From positions 54,436,001 through 54,500,000 of the forward strand of contig CM060734.1 of assembly GCA_030704615.1 (NCBI GenBank): a stretch of 64,000 nt of DNA. Reading direction: 5' to 3'. The notes under the pieces are model-generated. The model was not told where the DNA came from. It made no database searches and saw only the letters and a program-made list of their open reading frames with translations. Positions 51,426-64,000 of this stretch are shown one piece after another (positions within the stretch are counted from its first letter, which is position 1; each line of letters opens with the position of its first letter). Position numbers and translations under genes: made by a program. The DNA comes from Takakia lepidozioides. Its lineage: Eukaryota; Plantae; Bryophyta.

Positions 51426-53877
51426 ATGAACGCGCGGGCGTTTCATGCCAAGCGCAAAGAATCTGATGAACTCGTGCTGGATCTGCTCAGCAATGTGAGC
51501 TTGTCGCCTTCCAAGCGGGTTCGACTCGCGGTATGTCATTTGGAAGCTACGCTGAAAAGCATGAGATGTTTTCTTTGGTAGTTGCAGTGTTACTGTTATG
51601 GGCGAGCCAGGACTCTTGCTGAACCACTTGATCGCTTAAGCAAGAAAAATTATATTCTGTCTGCGAGCTTCTGTAGCAAACCCTATGGCGACATATGTTG
51701 GCCAATTACTGTGGTCGTGACTTTCCCTGCTTAACAATTTACTTTGAAAAGAGATGTTCTGCACAGTTGGTGGTGCCTAGTAGCTTACCTCGCGAGGGAG
51801 GGTTATCGCCTTCCGTATTGTCTTTATCTGCTTGGCATTATCTCCGGCCTCATAATCAAGACTCTCTGGGTGTATAGCTGTTGAGTGGAGGTTCTGGGTT
51901 GCAGTGTATCAGGTTTTTTCGTTCCGTTATGTTAGCCGAGATAAGGACAGCATGCACTTAATGCTGCGCTGGGTTGTCGTAATAGAATTCCTTTGAAATT
52001 CAACTTCATAGACTGGCTGGGACTTGGCTGAGAATTTGTCGGACTTGTACGCACAAGCTTGTTTTGGCTACTCCAGTTTCACACACCACAGCTGTAGTCT
52101 ATGTGGGTGCTGTGTGAAGCTTTTGGCCTGAACTGGCACTTTCCTTCCAGTGAATGCTACAGCTGGAACCCTGAAATAGATAGGAAGTTGCCCTTACTGA
52201 TCCTTTCTCGAACGGGGCCTGTGAGTTACAGAACTATTTCCTATCCCTGTATGATGTAACCTCCCAGTGTGTAGAAAGCACTGAAACAGCTTGTCAATCT
52301 ACCTAACACCGGTGCTCTTTCCTTGTTTGCAGGGTGGATGGGTGCCATCGGACATCTGGAACCCACCAGTTTTTGGAGCTCCGAAAGAAACACCACTGCC
52401 TGCTCTATCAGCCCCAGACCCAACTCTGACACCGCCACCACCTGTCGTCAAGGGAACCGATGAGAAAGCACTGGTGTTATACAAGCCCATAAATCCACCC
52501 CTGTTTCCGGGTGGGCCACCATCAGGATCATCAGAACTGCCAATCAGAGTGAACACAGCTGGGTTCCTGGCTGCATGCAAGGGTACTGACAACAATGGCA
52601 TCTTTACTAACGATGCAGGCCACTCTTCTTCTGCTTTCTCTAATTCTTCTCCCGATTCACTTTCTGGGACTGGCCTTTTTGAAGGTAGCCCATTTCACTT
52701 GCTAGTTTGTAGCCAATGGTAGATGACCAGACTTGGGGAGAGGGCCCTGGCTTGGCCAGGGCCTACCCAATGTCCTTTGGCAGTGTCTCAACCTTCGTCT
52801 GGGTGGACTGTAACATATGACGGGAAGGCTACTCGGACAGAGGCAGAGTCACAGCTCAACAGGCGGGAAAATGAGGGTAGAGATGTTTTTGGAATGAGGA
52901 TCTTTTCTAGAGTTTTTTACAATTTGTTAAAGATCAGTGCAGAAGAGTATATGGTTGTATTTTGTACAATCGGTAGCTCTAACCAGGCAGTCCAGATGGC
53001 CACCTTTCTCACCCATCTGTCTGGGTCAGATTACTCGCTGCTCTACGACCCCCTCTTGCGTGGCAAGAGCAAGTTTTGAGTGTCAGAAATACTTTTTTCC
53101 TGTCACAGTTGGTGCTATGAGTATCTGCAGAAATGTTTTATGATGAAATACTCTGTCGTGTGCTGCCTACTTTTTATTCTCACCTGCAATAGGCTAATTG
53201 TATGATAGGGACAATCTCAGCCACTTCCATTGATGTTATAGGAGTGTATGTGTGGACGGACAGTTACATCTGGCTGAGATAAAGCTATCTCTTTCACGGT
53301 TCGATGACCCTCCACTTTTGCAGGTTGAATAGTTTGTGATGAGAAGGCTACTTCAGAGAAGAGAGTGGGATTGAAGAAAGAGATATAGCTTTGGAAGGAC
53401 ATGTTGTGAAACTTCTTTCATGGTGGGTGTGTTCATGCAGCGCTTGATCTTTCAGGTGGGCCGGCTTCGCTTTCGGGTCCAAGGCGGCTTCACAGAGTTT
53501 CGTCTTGCTCCTCCTTGCCTCATCCACTCTCTTTTAGGGATGATATGGCAATGGAAGAGGACAGTGATCCACAACCCAATAAGCAATTGGCTCTAATACC
53601 ATGGGCCCCACCAACCTTCCCAATGCCACCTTTCAATGGCATGTCAGCAATCAAACCAAGTGCAATGGCAACAGCGCCAGGTGTCAGTGATAATGCAGAA
53701 GAAATGGCACAGGACGGGGAAGCTATGGATATCGTAGACGAGGTCATAGATGGAGCTGGGGGTGACGGGAGACCAGGGGCTCAGTTTGGGAGCCCAATTG
53801 CAAGTTTTGGTGCACCATCATGGGAGACTCACGAGATGTTCAAGCCACCATACTCCAAAGTCATGTGGTCACACTAG
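51426..53877 (+). CDS. Conserved plant protein of unknown function (3 exons: 51426-51530, 52333-~52581, ~53441-53877)
   Basis: Motifs KRKE..SLSPSKRVRL, EKALVLYKP, LALIPW recall a plant-specific uncharacterised family; canonical splice sites. Confidence 0.75.
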
Positions 53878-55821
53878 GGAAGTTGTTGGATGGATTTTAA
53901 GGGATTCGACTTTTTCTTGTGCTCATTTTTCCAGGCATGAGGCTGAGTAGCCTGTCGGGATTAATCAGTGGCTCAAAAATTGATTATAGTGGACTTCAAC
54001 TGAGCATGGAAGTTATGCTTGTTTGTGGAAACGTCTGTGGAGTCAGCCGTCAGATTTTTTCCGATGAAGTTGAAGGAGGTGTGTAACCTTTCCACACAAG
54101 GCTCTTGACCTGATCTCGTAATTGACATTTCAATATCCATAGGTGGAGAAGAAAGTGTTGCCTTATCACAGCTGGTGAGACTCTCTAATCAGTTAGGCAG
54201 CTCTTAACAATTGACTCCAGCAACTGAAGCTAAAGTTAGGTAACAAGTGAGTTATATAGTATCTGGAGGGAGGGTCCTCATTTTGATGTAACATTCTTAC
54301 TCAGGGAACACTTTTTGATGTTGTACCCTCCAAAAGAAAACGAAGTAATATGTATAATTAGCAGTTTGTATGAACCCAGAACAGTGAAGTGCAAAGTTAT
54401 TGGTATCAGTAATCATAAATAAACCTCTGTTTGGGTCGATCTGATAGTTGAGCTCTGTCAGATTGGTATGGTGAAAGATTATTGTGGGCAATTGTTTTGG
54501 CGCTTCATTACATTTGATGTTGGCCATCTTGGCTCTGGTTCTGGTTGATGTTGGCCATCTTGGCCAGTCTCAGTTTACAGTTTGTAGACTGCACCTTGAG
54601 GAGGAAAGTTGATTAGTTCATTCTGGTTTCCCAGCCAGCACTTCAAAGGTTTTTGACTTACATGGGTGCTGGAGGAGGAAAGTTGATCTGTACATTCTGT
54701 CTTCCAGCCAGTTCTTGAGAGGCTTTTTTAATTTTTTGAGGGTGGTTGACTGTATGTTAATCCAGTTTGCATCCTATCTTGGCTTCGCTCGCAGCTAAAT
54801 TATTTTCATTCTTCCAGGTTGCTTGGTGAATTTTATGTTCATCTGTAGGGAGTATTACCAATCGCAGTAGCACACAATGCCGGTCGCTCACGAAGGCTAA
54901 GATCAGCAAATCACCAGGTGAAGCATTTGATTGTTGTCTTCTACTTAACCCATAAGGTCTCCTTGGTGGATAGAGAAACTCAAGCCCAGCATTGCTATTT
55001 GCATCCTTTAAACTGGTGATCAGCTGCGCAGAAGCAAGTTGCCCATTTGTAAGCTTTACAGCCTTCTCCAAGATCATTTTCCATCCTGACTTGTAAGTTT
55101 GTAATGCATTTCAGGATCACTGTGGCCGCCGCGGTTGTTCAGAAAAGAAGAAACAAAGAACAATCTGCCACAGAACTAACATAATTATTTGTTGCTAAAC
55201 AGATGTCCCACTGCACCACCCTATAGCAAAAAATGACCCACTTCCCATTCCCTATACCGAAACCACCTTCCCTATACCGATCCGTGTTAGTTACAGGAAT
55301 CGTGCCACTGACGTAACGAAATACATTACTAAACAGCCCAATGCGCCCCTTCAGTCTTCTCTCAGTCTTCCCTCAGTCTTCTCCCATGGTTGGTGGCGGT
55401 GCTGTCCTTGCTCGCGGTGCTCAGTTACGCAATGCAACGCTGCTGCGGATTACTGTCAACCAATCTCTTCTTTCTTCTTTCTTTGTTCTTCGTTCAATAG
55501 AAATCCCTTGACAGATGTCCCTGAGCTTCACATTCGAGAAGGGAGAGTTAACCGTAAGGATTTGTAAGTGGTAAGCAAATTCTTGAACTCTGCTCATTCA
55601 AGGTCAGGCTTCTTTGTTGATCTGCTCCACCCCTGCATAGATAGAAGAAGCATCTTCCTGATCTTCGCACTGGTCCGAACCCCTAGTCCAATTCCCTTTC
55701 TCTCCTCAGCGCCACGAGTTGTTTTTCTTCCTGGGCATCCGTGCTTGAGTTGAAAATCGAGATTGCAGGCATATATTGGGCAACTTTCTTCCTCCTTCCA
55801 AGAATTGAAGCTTGATTGGGT

Positions 55822-57488
55822 ATGTCGCAGCGAGGGGGAGGGCCCGGCCCTGGACCTCGCCCCTTTCTCGACCACCTGGAAGCTTACTTGGCTCGCCGCG
55901 ATGGCGTGGACAAGGCACTCAAAATCACTCGCTACACATGCAAGCTCTTGCTGGCATCGCCGCTGGCACCGTCGGATCCAGAACTGGCAGGGAGGTTGAA
56001 AGAGTTTGAATCCAGTGTGGGTGTCAGCAGAAAGGCCTTCAGATTGGGGAAGTTTGTGCAGGATGTGAACGTCTTGAGAAAGACCGAGCTGGTGTCGCGC
56101 GATGGGGTGCTAGAACTTGTCGCCAGCGGCGGCGAGGGCATCTACTTCTTCGTGGAGCAGTTCATCTGGCTGGTGATTATTATTTGATATCTTGTTGACT
56201 GGTCGTCTTTCATCTCTCTAGTCCTTCCTGCAACTCTCTGGACGTAGTCTTTTTTACTCTCTGTAATCCACCAGGAAGTGGTACAACGTATAGGTCCATA
56301 GATGCAAAGCTATCGCATCGACCTCACTTCAACGTCGTAATAGTGGTCAAGGCACATGAGATTAAAAAAAATAGAGCAACTTAGCTCCTTGCCACAAACA
56401 TTCCGGAGAACGGCTGGCATTCCTGCTAAAGGTTTCTTCTGCTCTCGTCTGGTTAAGGTTTCGTATGAGTCCCAAGTTGCAATTTGTTATTAACTTTGTG
56501 ACCGATCTTGTTGAGTCTCCATTGGCCTTGTCAAATTAGTTCTTCAGCATAGAAAACAATGTTGGGGGGGAAGAACTGTTCCATGTATTAAACTACATAA
56601 ATGAGCTCACTTCAACTTTCAAACTGCAGCTGGAATCTTCGACAGGTTCTACCCAGGGCATACTGAACACCTCCTTCACAGATCGAAAAGAGATACCTAC
56701 TGGCACAGTAAAATTTATCTACTCTGGAATTGGGACCTGCTAATTTCATGGGCGTACTTCACAGACAAGACAAGTCTTTACTGCGAATTTGACATATATT
56801 TGTTCACAGCCAACTATACGAATGAGATATTCCCACAATCTGTAAGCAGGAGGACATAATCCCACAATCTGTAGCAGGAGCTGATAAAAGAAGGTGGGTG
56901 ATTTTAGACTGGGCACCTGAACTTGCTTCCTACTTTGGAATTTCAGTAGAACTGAGTCCATGGTTTTGATGAGGGGTCAGCATGGGGGAGGTTGACTTCA
57001 CTGACATGATGTATGGTCCAGTCTCATATGGGGTGAATGCACGATGAGTCTGAATACCAAGCTAGTGATGTTGAGAGGGATGATGGGGGCTTGCACAGAT
57101 TAAATCCGGGCTGCTCGACAAACAGTACTCCAGGCGACTGTCAAAGCTGAGCGCATGGGCGGAGTTTATTGGCTACTTTGGAAGCGTGACATTAAAGTGC
57201 CTCCAAGTGGCAGCCTCGCTTGAAAAGGAGGCCAAGCTTGCTGAGGGGTTACAAAAGAAGAGCGAGGGAGAGCCTGGGTCAATCATCTCTATATCACATG
57301 ACCTCCAGGAATTACAAAAAAAAAGGATGTTGAAGACCCTATCAATTGTCCAGGATTTTGCTGACAGTTTGCTAGCCTTGAATGACATCCGAGATGGGAA
57401 GGGAACCCTTGCCAACCCCTTCTTGTTGGCTTTGGCAGGTCTGATTTCGGCTCTTATAAGTGCCCAGAAAAATTGGAGGAGTTGTTAA
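55822..57488 (+). CDS. PEX11A: Peroxisomal membrane protein PEX11A (exons 55822-56172, 57099-57488)
   Basis: [24 protein letters not shown]; [22 protein letters not shown]; EQFIWL|IKSG; [11 protein letters not shown]; [14 protein letters not shown]; SAQKNWRSC*. Confidence 0.95.
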
Positions 57489-58695
57489 CATGCACAAACA
57501 CACATGCCTTTTGAGAAGGACTGCATTTGTGATCCAGGGGGCAAGCTGCTGAGTGAATACTGCCTACAGTGGTTCAGCAGAAAAGAATGGAGGAGAGGCT
57601 AGTGTAACATAGTCTCTGGAAGCTCTCTCTCTTCATGCATTACAGAGAATCTCACACATTTTGCACGTCTTTTTCATGGTCAACTGGCTTCAGCCATCAA
57701 GAGGGGTGGTCAGGTTTGTCCCTTTTTTTTTTTCACAGCACCCATTCATGATGCAGGTTAACCCTGAATCTAAACTTTCCAGTATAGATTACATCGGGTT
57801 TTATTCCACAGTTCAAATGTACATGGATTCCTTATGTTAATTATAGGGGGCCCGGCAGCAGGGTACACGAGAGAAAAGAGTGGGTCCCATCGGTGTGTAG
57901 TAAGAAGGTGAGTTTACCAGCCTAAGACGGTGATATTAAAAGCAATGCTTGTGTCTATTTGGGGCTTGCTGCCTGACAGCAAAGGACAGTATAATTCTTG
58001 AGTCTGAGCTTGTTCTGATGAGGAAGTTTTAAGGTTTGAATCTCGAGAACAAGATGTTTTATCCTCCTGATTCTTTCCTTAGATTATTGTGATCTGCTGC
58101 CAAAATATCACACCCCACAGCCCTCATTAAAATAATTTCTTGTTCCGATTGTTCCCTCCTAAGTGGGTGGCTCTATCACCCTCTATGGCCTCCCTTGTAC
58201 ATTAGTTCCAGAAGTGCTGGCAGACCACAATTCTCGGCATGATTTTCAGGAGTCTGCAGCCAATCAATCAGTTGCCCAATTTGAAGAAAATCAGTACTGC
58301 ACCAATGCAAATGAAAGCATATCCAAAGCATCCAACAAAGTGATGGGAATGGACAGAGAAGAAGGAAAGAAAGAAAGTCTGTAGAAGGAAAAGACGTTTG
58401 GGCTGTTTTGAAACTAGTCTCGGCTACAGAACGTTGGCTTCATCTCCCTCATCGGGGAATCCACAGTACTATCCCTGTCATATTCCTCAAGCAATTCTCC
58501 CCTGCCTTTTTTGTAGCCACCCAATGAGCCTAATCATTCTCTCTCTCTCCTGACAGCAAGCTGATCTGATGCTCGCCCTCGCCCCTTCTGTGTATTGGGT
58601 TTTCTGACCGTGTTGGTGTTCTTGAGAGGTTTTGGCAGCTGGTTGTGAGGGAAGCTACAAACTGGGTCCGGCTCTTTAATGCAGTAGCTGTAGCC

Positions 58696-61600
58696 ATGAG
58701 TGCCGAGGAGACATCCTCTTCCCCTCTTGAGGCTGATGCAGCACCCCAAAATGAGGCAGAAGCTGTGCCGGTAAAGGAGAAGATGGCATCTGAGCCTGGA
58801 GCTGCGCCAGACGATGAGGAGCTCGTCTCTGCAGCCGAAGCTGTGCCGGCCGATGACAAGCACATACCTGAGCCAGAAGCTCCGCCAGCCGATGAGAGGG
58901 TCGCTTCTGATACAGGAGCTCTGCCGGCAGATGAGAAGCTTGCTTTTGAGCCCGAAGCTTTCCCAGCCGATGAGCACATTTCTTCTGATCCAAAAGCCCC
59001 GCGCATACCTGAGCCAGAAGCTCTTCCGGCCGATGAGTATCTCGGATCTGCACCGCCGGCGGACGGTGTGCTACGATCAGCCCCCACTCCGGATCTCTCA
59101 TCTTCTGCATCAGCGGCCCCGCCCACAGCAGGTATGGATCGGTTGGGGTGACAGCAACTTGTCACTCTCAAGAACCGAGTTTGGTTCCCGGGACTGAAGA
59201 ATTGAAGGGGCATTTGGGCTACATGGTTCTCATAAAGGTTGAGCGAGTGTGAAAGCTCGGCTTCTTCCAGAATTGAGGGGTGTCATATTTTGTTGGTGCA
59301 TTTCCCGAAGGAATTACAGTCATTTGGTAGCTCACAAGCAATCTTGCAGGGTTTCAACAAGTTCTTAAGCTACTAGTAGAATTGACAGTGCAATCGATGG
59401 CTGCTAGGCATGGCGTCTATGCAAATGCAAAGCATTACTTTTTTAGATTCGAGAAGAATATGCGCAAGAGTTCTAGAGTAGTCGAACCTGCTGATTCTCA
59501 AAACGATACGTCTTGCTATCCTTGGGGTACTTGTGTTAGATTTTAACATGGGGCTACCCCTGTCTCAGACAACTGCTTCAACGAAATCTGGACCCGAAAT
59601 GCATTGGAAATTTGAAATCTGGATATGCAGAGTTTTGAATCTACAGTGCCTATTTATAAGCTATGGGTGCGGGTGTACCCAAGCACACCTGCTACGTTGT
59701 ACTTTCTGTCTGGGAAAATGTTGTGAGAGATGCGCCTCTCTCTTCCAACGAAATTTTGCACTCAGTTTTTTTCTCTCTTGGAAAGGGGTACAGGTAGCAA
59801 GATGGAGCACTAGGAGTCAAAAAGTCCAATCGGCCCTCTTGACTTGATTTATCAGCGGGGAAAAAGGGTGGTTGTCATCTGCATTTGATAATCGTTCCTT
59901 TCACATCAATCAATATGTTTTTACAACATAATATGGGGTGCTCTGAAGACCAAGACATTCCTCTCAAGTCAGAATTTAGTGCTCACGAGGGAAGCCTAGA
60001 GTGGAACATGATTCTGACATCTGTCAGTTTTGTGCAGGGAAAACAGATGGACGCATAGGCAAGGTGAGTGATGAAGACCTGAAAAAGATGGTGTTAATTC
60101 CAGAGTATTTGGCCAATAATATGGCTGCTGCAGTGAGTTCAGACAGGGCAGCCTATCCGGATGGTCCTGGTCTGACAGGCAACACACAGGCACCTGTATG
60201 CCCCCTTCTAGTCTTCATCAACTCCAAAAGTGGAGGGCGTCTTGGTCCTGCCCTTCGGACTATTCTTGCTGAACTCATCAGTCCTCTGCAGGTGAATCTG
60301 CAAATCTTTACACTAGCCCTTACATCTTACCCTGCTTAGGGGGCCCTTGTGAAGTTGGTTTCCGACTTTGAGTGATGAGTGTGCTGAAGACTTTCGCTTG
60401 AAGCTTCCAATGTCTAGCACCCATTCTTGAGTAGAGGAGGGAGAATTTACATGGAAGCTTGGCACACCAACAGTCAATAATAAGCAACCATTGATTGATT
60501 GTCAAAAAATGACTTTGCCAAAGTCAGTACCAGTCATTGGTGCTGAATGTAAACAGCCTAAAGCTCATCAGAGGGATGTGCCATGTCTTGCAGGTGTATG
60601 ATCTAGCAAGCACCAAGCCAAGCAATGTGCTGAGGTATGGGGTTGGTTGCCTCGACAGACTGGGTAGTGCAGGGGATGAGTGTGCCCAGATCACTCGGAA
60701 AAACCTCCGCATTATGGTTCGTCTCTTTCTATCTCTTCATCCCCTCCATTTTCCGCCTTTGCAGGCTTTGATCTACGTCATCCATGTACATTATTGCACA
60801 ATGCAGTTTTCCATGGGATCTCTTGCCTCAGCCATGGTTCTGTCAGGGATGCCTATGATCTCCCAAAGTCCTTTCACTCATTCTGGCTTGTGGTTTCTGG
60901 GTGGGGCCAGGTTGCTGGTGGGGATGGTACAGTAGGGTGGGTACTGGGAAGTATTGCTGAGTTATGTGCACAGTCTTCCAGTGGGCATATTCCACCTGTT
61001 GGCATCATTCCACTTGGCACGGGAAATGATCTCTCTCGAAGCTTTGGATGGGTTTGGTCCACATGCCAAGCTTCCTTTTATTTTGCAGAGCTTATGGTAG
61101 CATCACTGTATGTCGCTTACCAAGAGGGTAGCATTTGTCAGTGGATTTTGCAGTATGTTACTGTAGGAAAACAAGCGTTTGGTGAGGGGGCGGAGGGAGG
61201 AAAAGAGAGAGAAGACGTCAGATAGTGGTCTTTCCTCTTGAACTTGCCAGAGTGTTAATCTATCCTAAGCTCTGCTGATGTGGAATGTAGGGGGCTGGGT
61301 TCCCTTCAGCAAACCGCTCAAAGGTTAAAAAGTGGCTAGTCAAGGCTGTCACTGCGTCAGTCTCAACTCTTGACAGGTATTTCTTCTCGTCTCTCTCTCG
61401 GTCTCTCTTCATCAATACTGTCTTAAAATATGGTCGGGGGGTGGTATGAGGTAAAATCTTTCTTTAGCCTGTTGTAGTCTAATGTCCAGAAAGGTGCTGC
61501 TCTGACTAACAGGGTAAAGAGGAGACAGAAAAAAGTTTTGTATTGCCAGCATATGTAATTGCAATTGCAACTTGTGCTATCAGACCTCTCAGGATAGCTC

Positions 61601-63068
61601 TCTACCTGAGCATCATTTTGTGTTTGTATTCACACCGGAATATAAACACAAGTAGGGCTACAAGTTTGGGCATTTTCTTGAGCCTCTGACTGTGATTGTC
61701 GAGGTGCAGTGACAATGTTTTCTATATTTTTCAAATAAGGCTTCTCATTCAGGAAGACAGAAAGATCATCCTTCTGTTATTGTGATGAGCCAGGTTTCTC
61801 ACCACATATGGTGGCAATGTATTGTGTATTGTAGAAAGTATTGTAGTGCCACCTATTGCATCACCTGCTTTATGCCCATATGGCTAATAAGTTCTTTCTT
61901 TCCTACCTAGGTTAGCCTACTTTCAAGAAGTAGATAGCCTACTCTTAGGTTGAACTTAGTGCTCGTCATGGGAATCCTATATGTAAGTCTTCCAATGTCT
62001 GTGAAGTACATTTCTGCTGCTTCAGCAGTTGCCCTTTGAGCAGCATTTACTGTGCACTGCATTACTAATCTTGGGCCAGTCTCCTCCGCTGGCTTCTCTG
62101 GGTTGTCAGCTAGGGGGTGTGTGTGAGAGCCTGATAGAAAGGTGGGGGGAGGAGTGCAGTTGGCAGGTGGTGGTGAAACCCTCACCAAACCTCACAAAGG
62201 TGGACCTAATTTTCCCACATTGCATGCAGCCTCAACACCATATTCCACTTCCAACCTCCGTGCGTTCTCGTCCCTTTTGACCCTTTTGTTGTCTTTAGCT
62301 ATCTGTGGTAACGATTCCCCCTGTACCTGCAAATGGATAATAATGGAAGAAGGTGTGTAATTGCCAAAACATTGGTTCCTTATTTGTACATTGTTAGTAT
62401 CACATGCAGGTATCTGGGGACAAGAATGAAAAACCTGAAGCTGATCCTGCATTCGAGGGCATATTCTGGAATTACTTCAGCATTGGTGAGTACACTATGT
62501 CAGTTCTAGGAGAAATCTGAAGGTAATGTACTGACTGTTGTTTGAAGAGGGCTTGGGCCTTTTGATGAGAAGTACAGAAGAGACAAGTCAACTTTATGGC
62601 TCAGTTACTACATTCTGCGTATATTTAGCTGTAGGTGCGGAGTACCACTTTTGGGTTGATTTAAGTTCCAAATTGGATTATTGCATGAATTTTTCCAAAT
62701 GGTGAAAGATTACTCCATACTGAACCGTAAGCAGATTTAGTTACTCATCTCCCATCCTCCCATTGGGACAAATGAAGTTCCTGGTTGCTGGCATTGGCAA
62801 TTTTTTCTTTGCTGTCCAACTGGGTGTGGCATGTATGAACTAATGCAGGCAAATGAGTGCCTCCTGTTATCTATTTGATTTGTGTCTGCCTTGGTTCTTA
62901 AGCACGAGCTTAGTAGTCTGGCTCCTGGACGTGGACATTACCAGTAAGGATATTGCAGACTGACAGTGAGTGAGATGGTCTGTAGGGATGGATGCTGAGG
63001 TTGCATATGGATTTCACAAACTTCGTGATGAGAAGCCTTGGCTTGCTCGTGGCCGTGTGGCTAATCAA
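58696..63068 (+). CDS. DGK: Diacylglycerol kinase (DGK3/4/7-like, cluster II), 3' partial
   Basis: VLIPEYL; [15 protein letters not shown]; [13 protein letters not shown]; [18 protein letters not shown]; [28 protein letters not shown]; continues beyond the window. Confidence 0.95.
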
Positions 63069-64000
63069 GTACTTGACCACTCCCTTACCATATCTGTCAC
63101 TCAAGTTAGTGCTTATCTTGTTAAACTTGTTGAGTTCAAGCTTAGTAACTGATTAGTGAAAAGGGATGAGAAGATGCTCTCAATTACCTTTTCATTATGA
63201 GCATTTCTGCGATGTCCTGGATGGTGTTGGGATTCCACCCACCATGGTGTTTGCACAGAAGAGCCAGTAGGGCTGGAAAAACTGATTTTACTGTCCCTGA
63301 TTAGTTGAAAATAGGATGCACGGCACACATTTCTTCTTGGCAACAGCAACTTGCTGACCAGCTCCTGACTCTTGTAGCAAAGCCTTAGATGGGATCTAAA
63401 TTTGTCCTGGGCCTATCTGAAACTACAGCCTCTAATCCAGTTGCTATTGCCAGTTATGTAGCCATCCTCTCAGCTAAATTTTACGTAGGCTCCTGCACAG
63501 CCAAGGACATTCTGGTGACCGGGAATTCACCATTGATGGCCCATGGGAGGGAGATATTGCTTCAATCCTGTTTATCGTCACCACTCTCCTGGGGTTTGAC
63601 TAACGGGAGAAGCCTTTTCTGGATGTCAAGGGTAGTGTGGTGCATCCACTTTTCCTTGCAAAACATTTAAGAGAGAGATGTCTGCACAACGCAAGGGAGT
63701 CACATATAGGCTGCAGGAATGTGTCCTTTCTGTCATATAGACTCTTTCTACGTCCTTCGTCAAAGCCACACGGTGCCAAGCTGTGGTCAGGTGATTTTCT
63801 TATAAAAAATGGACGAAAAGCAGAACAATTTCTGTTGTTTCTTAACAGTTCCTTGTCTTGGGTAATCTCACGCAGTAGTTCAATAGTTTGTTGGTAGTGG
63901 TGCAAATTTGTGGCCTGAACCAAACCAACTATGTGATTTCTGGCTTGCCTCTGCTCATGTTGGTAGAATGCAGGTGCAAGGCATGGGTGGCTGACATAGT

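Noticed and set aside
54514-55385. Short tandem duplications (TTGATGTTGGCCATCTTGGC x2, TTCCCTATACCGA x2, TCAGTCTTC x3)
   Set aside because: Ordinary slippage-type repeats with no further structure.
63771-63790. miR536-like sequence (GTGCCAAGCTGTG)
   Set aside because: Only ~13 nt match my recollection of miR536 and there is no long precursor hairpin.

Overview
Eukaryotic nuclear DNA from a land plant, most likely a non-seed plant (bryophyte-like); this is an inference from gene content, intron style and TE families. The first ~10.4 kb is a transposon cluster. It holds a decayed Ty3/gypsy chromovirus (+; tRNA-iMet PBS, gag-PR-RT-RH-IN-chromodomain, truncated 3' LTR), small DNA-transposon and LINE remnants, and an internally deleted gypsy-like element (-). 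In that second element gag is joined directly to an integrase tail carrying a PHD finger, and the 3' terminal repeat has an unusual A-B-A structure. The rest is a block of intron-containing host genes: an uncharacterised gene (-), villin (-), a divergent D-type cyclin (-), a TRP/TRFL telomere-repeat-binding Myb protein (-), thioredoxin h (+), a conserved plant unknown protein (+), PEX11A (+) and a diacylglycerol kinase (+, runs past the window end). RTE/RTEX-like LINE remnants and a tRNA-derived SINE lie in introns or between genes. Exon boundaries were read by eye and may be off by a few bases. The best novelty candidate is the PHD-finger retroelement with its A-B-A end.
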